Below, piece by piece: positions 31,000 through 32,573 of a stretch of 32,573 nucleotides of DNA. Within the stretch, counting starts at the first letter, position 1; each line of letters begins with the position of its first letter. This DNA comes from Planctomycetota bacterium. GTDB taxonomy: Bacteria > Planctomycetota > JAKEIC01 > DYIT01. The notes beneath the pieces are model-generated. The model saw only the letters and a list, made by a program, of their open reading frames with translations. It made no database searches and was not told the DNA's origin. Location of the stretch: the NCBI GenBank assembly GCA_041308285.1, contig JBFZBV010000156.1:1-32573 (forward strand). Reading direction: 5' to 3'. Position numbers and translations under genes: made by a program.

Positions 31000-32046
31000 G
31001 TGGGGAAGAACCTCCTCCTGCTCCTCACGGTCAGCGTCATACCCGACATCCCCGACGAGAAGCTCAAGGCCACCTCGTGGCATCGCCGCGCCATCCGCGT
31101 CTTCGACATCCGCGACCTCACGCACGCCGTCCCCGACAGGCCCGGCCCGGAGGTGGGCATCACAATCAATACCGATGGAGGATCCTCTGTCCCGGTCTTC
31201 TCAGAGGACTACGTGCAGGCCGGCGAGATATTCGAGGCCGATCAGCTCGTCGACCTGATTCGCGGACGCGTCGACCCCCAGAGCTGGGAGGACGAAAAGA
31301 ACTCCATCAATCTCGTCCTGGGGTCAATCGTGGCCGTCAACCGGAAGGAAGTTCTGGACGAGGCCGCCGTGCTGCTGGAGGAGTGCCGGGGCAGGCGGAT
31401 GAAGGGCGTGGAAATCGTCACGAGGTTCCTGTCGCTGCCGGGCAAGGACCTCGCCGCCATCATCGGCAGCGACCCGAAGCGCGGATCGCAGCAGGAAATC
31501 GGCGAGAAGCTCGTCAGGGAAATCCTCGCCTTCGCGGAAAAGGACCCCAAGGCCGTGCTGTCGGTCTCGACCTTCTCCCAGCTCCACAAGCAGCGCGCTT
31601 CGATGCAGATCGGCAGGAACGTCCCCTACGTACGCGACGTGGACGTCGAAGTCGCCCAGCAGACTACCACCTCCGACCCGGTGACAGGCCAGCTCCTCGA
31701 GGGCGTGTTCCTGGACTTCCAGGTCGAAATCGACCCTGACAGCGACGACGTCACCCTCAACCTCAGGCCGACAATGGCGAGACTCAGGAAGATGTCCCTC
31801 TGCAGAATCGGGGGGGATGCCGGCCGGGACAAGGAAGAATCCGGCGGAGAAAAAGGCGGCCAGGAGCACGGAGGATCGAGCAGGATAATGCTCCCCGAAC
31901 TCGACCTGCAGAAAATCCGGACCACGGTGACTCTCAGGACGAACTCCAGCGCGATGGTTGTCGTCCCGGCCGAAGCGGGCGAGGAGACCGACCGCGACCT
32001 CGTGATGCTCGTGACCGTGCGGATCACCGGTGCGGCCGGGAAATAG
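31000..32046 (+). CDS. Secretin-like protein, module 2 (paralogous to module 1). Possibly a continuation of the upstream ORF.
   Basis: The region DLIRGRVDPQSWEDEKNSINLVLGSIVAVNRKEVLDEAAVLLEECR is followed by GRNVPYVRDVDVEVAQ...IMLPELDLQKIRTTVTLRTNSSAMVVVPAEAGEETDRDLVMLVTVRI. The nominal start is a GTG with no convincing RBS. Confidence 0.5.
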   Translation: MGKNLLLLLTVSVIPDIPDEKLKATSWHRRAIRVFDIRDLTHAVPDRPGPEVGITINTDGGSSVPVFSEDYVQAGEIFEADQLVDLIRGRVDPQSWEDEKNSINLVLGSIVAVNRKEVLDEAAVLLEECRGRRMKGVEIVTRFLSLPGKDLAAIIGSDPKRGSQQEIGEKLVREILAFAEKDPKAVLSVSTFSQLHKQRASMQIGRNVPYVRDVDVEVAQQTTTSDPVTGQLLEGVFLDFQVEIDPDSDDVTLNLRPTMARLRKMSLCRIGGDAGRDKEESGGEKGGQEHGGSSRIMLPELDLQKIRTTVTLRTNSSAMVVVPAEAGEETDRDLVMLVTVRITGAAGK

Positions 32047-32064
32047 GCTCGCTCCGCCTCGACG

Positions 32065-32090
32065 AGATTGCTTCGCTTCGCTCGCAATGA
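32065..32090. repeat. Short hairpin-containing element, gattgcttcgcttcgctcgcaatgac
   Basis: attgc (32066-32070) pairs with gcaat (32083-32087). The element translates as ...DCFASLAMT..., ...FARND... and, on the reverse strand, ...VIASEAKQS... From memory, these peptide strings recur in spurious hypothetical proteins of many bacteria, which suggests a dispersed short repeat. Confidence 0.3.
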
Positions 32091-32426
32091 CCCCATCAAT
32101 GCCCAATCCGTACTTCAGGCGAAACAATCTGCCGAAAGCCGAGGCAACATCCGCCTCGCTTCGCCAATCGGTCTGGGCGAGTGCTGCCTATATTGAGGCT
32201 GGCAGTCGCTGCCGGGAAGACTTTATCCTCTCGCCCGCTCGCCATGCCGGGCAGGAAGGGCATTGATCAGGAGAATCAGTCTGCCGCGCAGCGGCATCAG
32301 GAGAATCCTCCACCATTCAATTTCAAAAGCGAGCCCGCCGAAGCTTCAGCCCAGGCTCAGGAGCGAAGGCGGGATGTCGCAGAGCACGAGTCAGCAGAGC
32401 CCGCGGAGATGCTCTTTGATTCACCA

Positions 32427-32573
32427 GTAGAGTAGGAGAGGGCCCGGCCGTTAAGCCGGACGCCTCTCCCCTCATCGCACCGGACGTGCGGATTTCCCGC
32501 ATCCGGCGCTCCCCACCACCTTAATCAGGGGCTTGCACAGGCGACCAGCAGCACTTACAGGTACACGAGGCCC
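32427..32573 (-). mobile_element. 3' end of a group II intron (domains V and VI). The rest lies beyond the right window edge.
   Basis: On the minus strand, 32509-32477 reads GCGCCGGAU-GCGG-GAAAU-CCGC-AC-GUCCGGUGC. This gives a 9-bp lower stem with a central G.U, a 2-nt AC bulge on the 3' strand, a short upper stem and a GAAA-type loop. It is the same layout as canonical domain V (GAGCCGUAU GCGAU GAAA GUCGC AC GUACGGUUC), but with a CGC triad instead of AGC. A domain-VI-like hairpin (ggagagg/cctctcc, 32435-32469) follows, with an unpaired A (32433) a few nt before a ...UAC end (32429-32427). Confidence 0.6.

Noticed and set aside
32181-32435. 84-aa ORF near the right end
   Set aside because: It has no RBS or motif, and its stop lies inside the group II intron domain-VI hairpin. 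It is probably non-coding flank.

Overview
This is a visibly GC-rich bacterial chromosomal segment. I support 17 protein-coding genes, none of them phage or plasmid genes, plus one partial mobile element at the right edge. The many long ORFs in other frames or on the antisense strand are GC artefacts.

Gene order, left to right:
- a Hanks Ser/Thr kinase with TM helix and TPR-like tail (minus strand, runs off the left edge)
- gdhA (minus strand, with its own terminator and a sigma-70-like promoter)
- a cytoplasmic sensor histidine kinase and a sigma-54-dependent (NtrC-family) response regulator
- a -24/-12 promoter driving a five-gene operon (8069-14874)
- a Ste24-type M48 metalloprotease
- a ~1700-aa secreted protein with FG-GAP propeller, transglutaminase-like and PPC domains (minus strand)
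- divergent from it, a 1251-aa lipoprotein, start/stop-overlapped with msrA and then an ArsC::MTA-phosphorylase fusion
- a DHA2 MFS transporter (minus strand)
- two same-frame secretin-like ORFs separated by a single TGA
- the last ~150 nt of a group II intron (minus strand)

Best candidates for undescribed biology:
1. The sigma-54 operon encodes a small Cys-rich protein, a NuoE-like protein with a Zn-ribbon tail, a NuoF::GltD fusion, a NuoG-N-terminal-like Fe-S protein and a stand-alone GltB-type FMN subunit. It has no hydrogenase, formate dehydrogenase or amidotransferase domain. It sits beside gdhA and the two-component pair.
2. The divergent transglutaminase-like and lipoprotein pair. The lipoprotein has seven tandem ~125-aa modules. 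Its linkers run from Gln-rich (PQPA)n at the N-terminus to Lys-rich (KPEP)7 at the C-terminus, which suggests a transglutaminase substrate.

A PVC-superphylum-like, anaerobic origin is only an inference from gene content. All calls come from reading motifs by eye; no searches were run.
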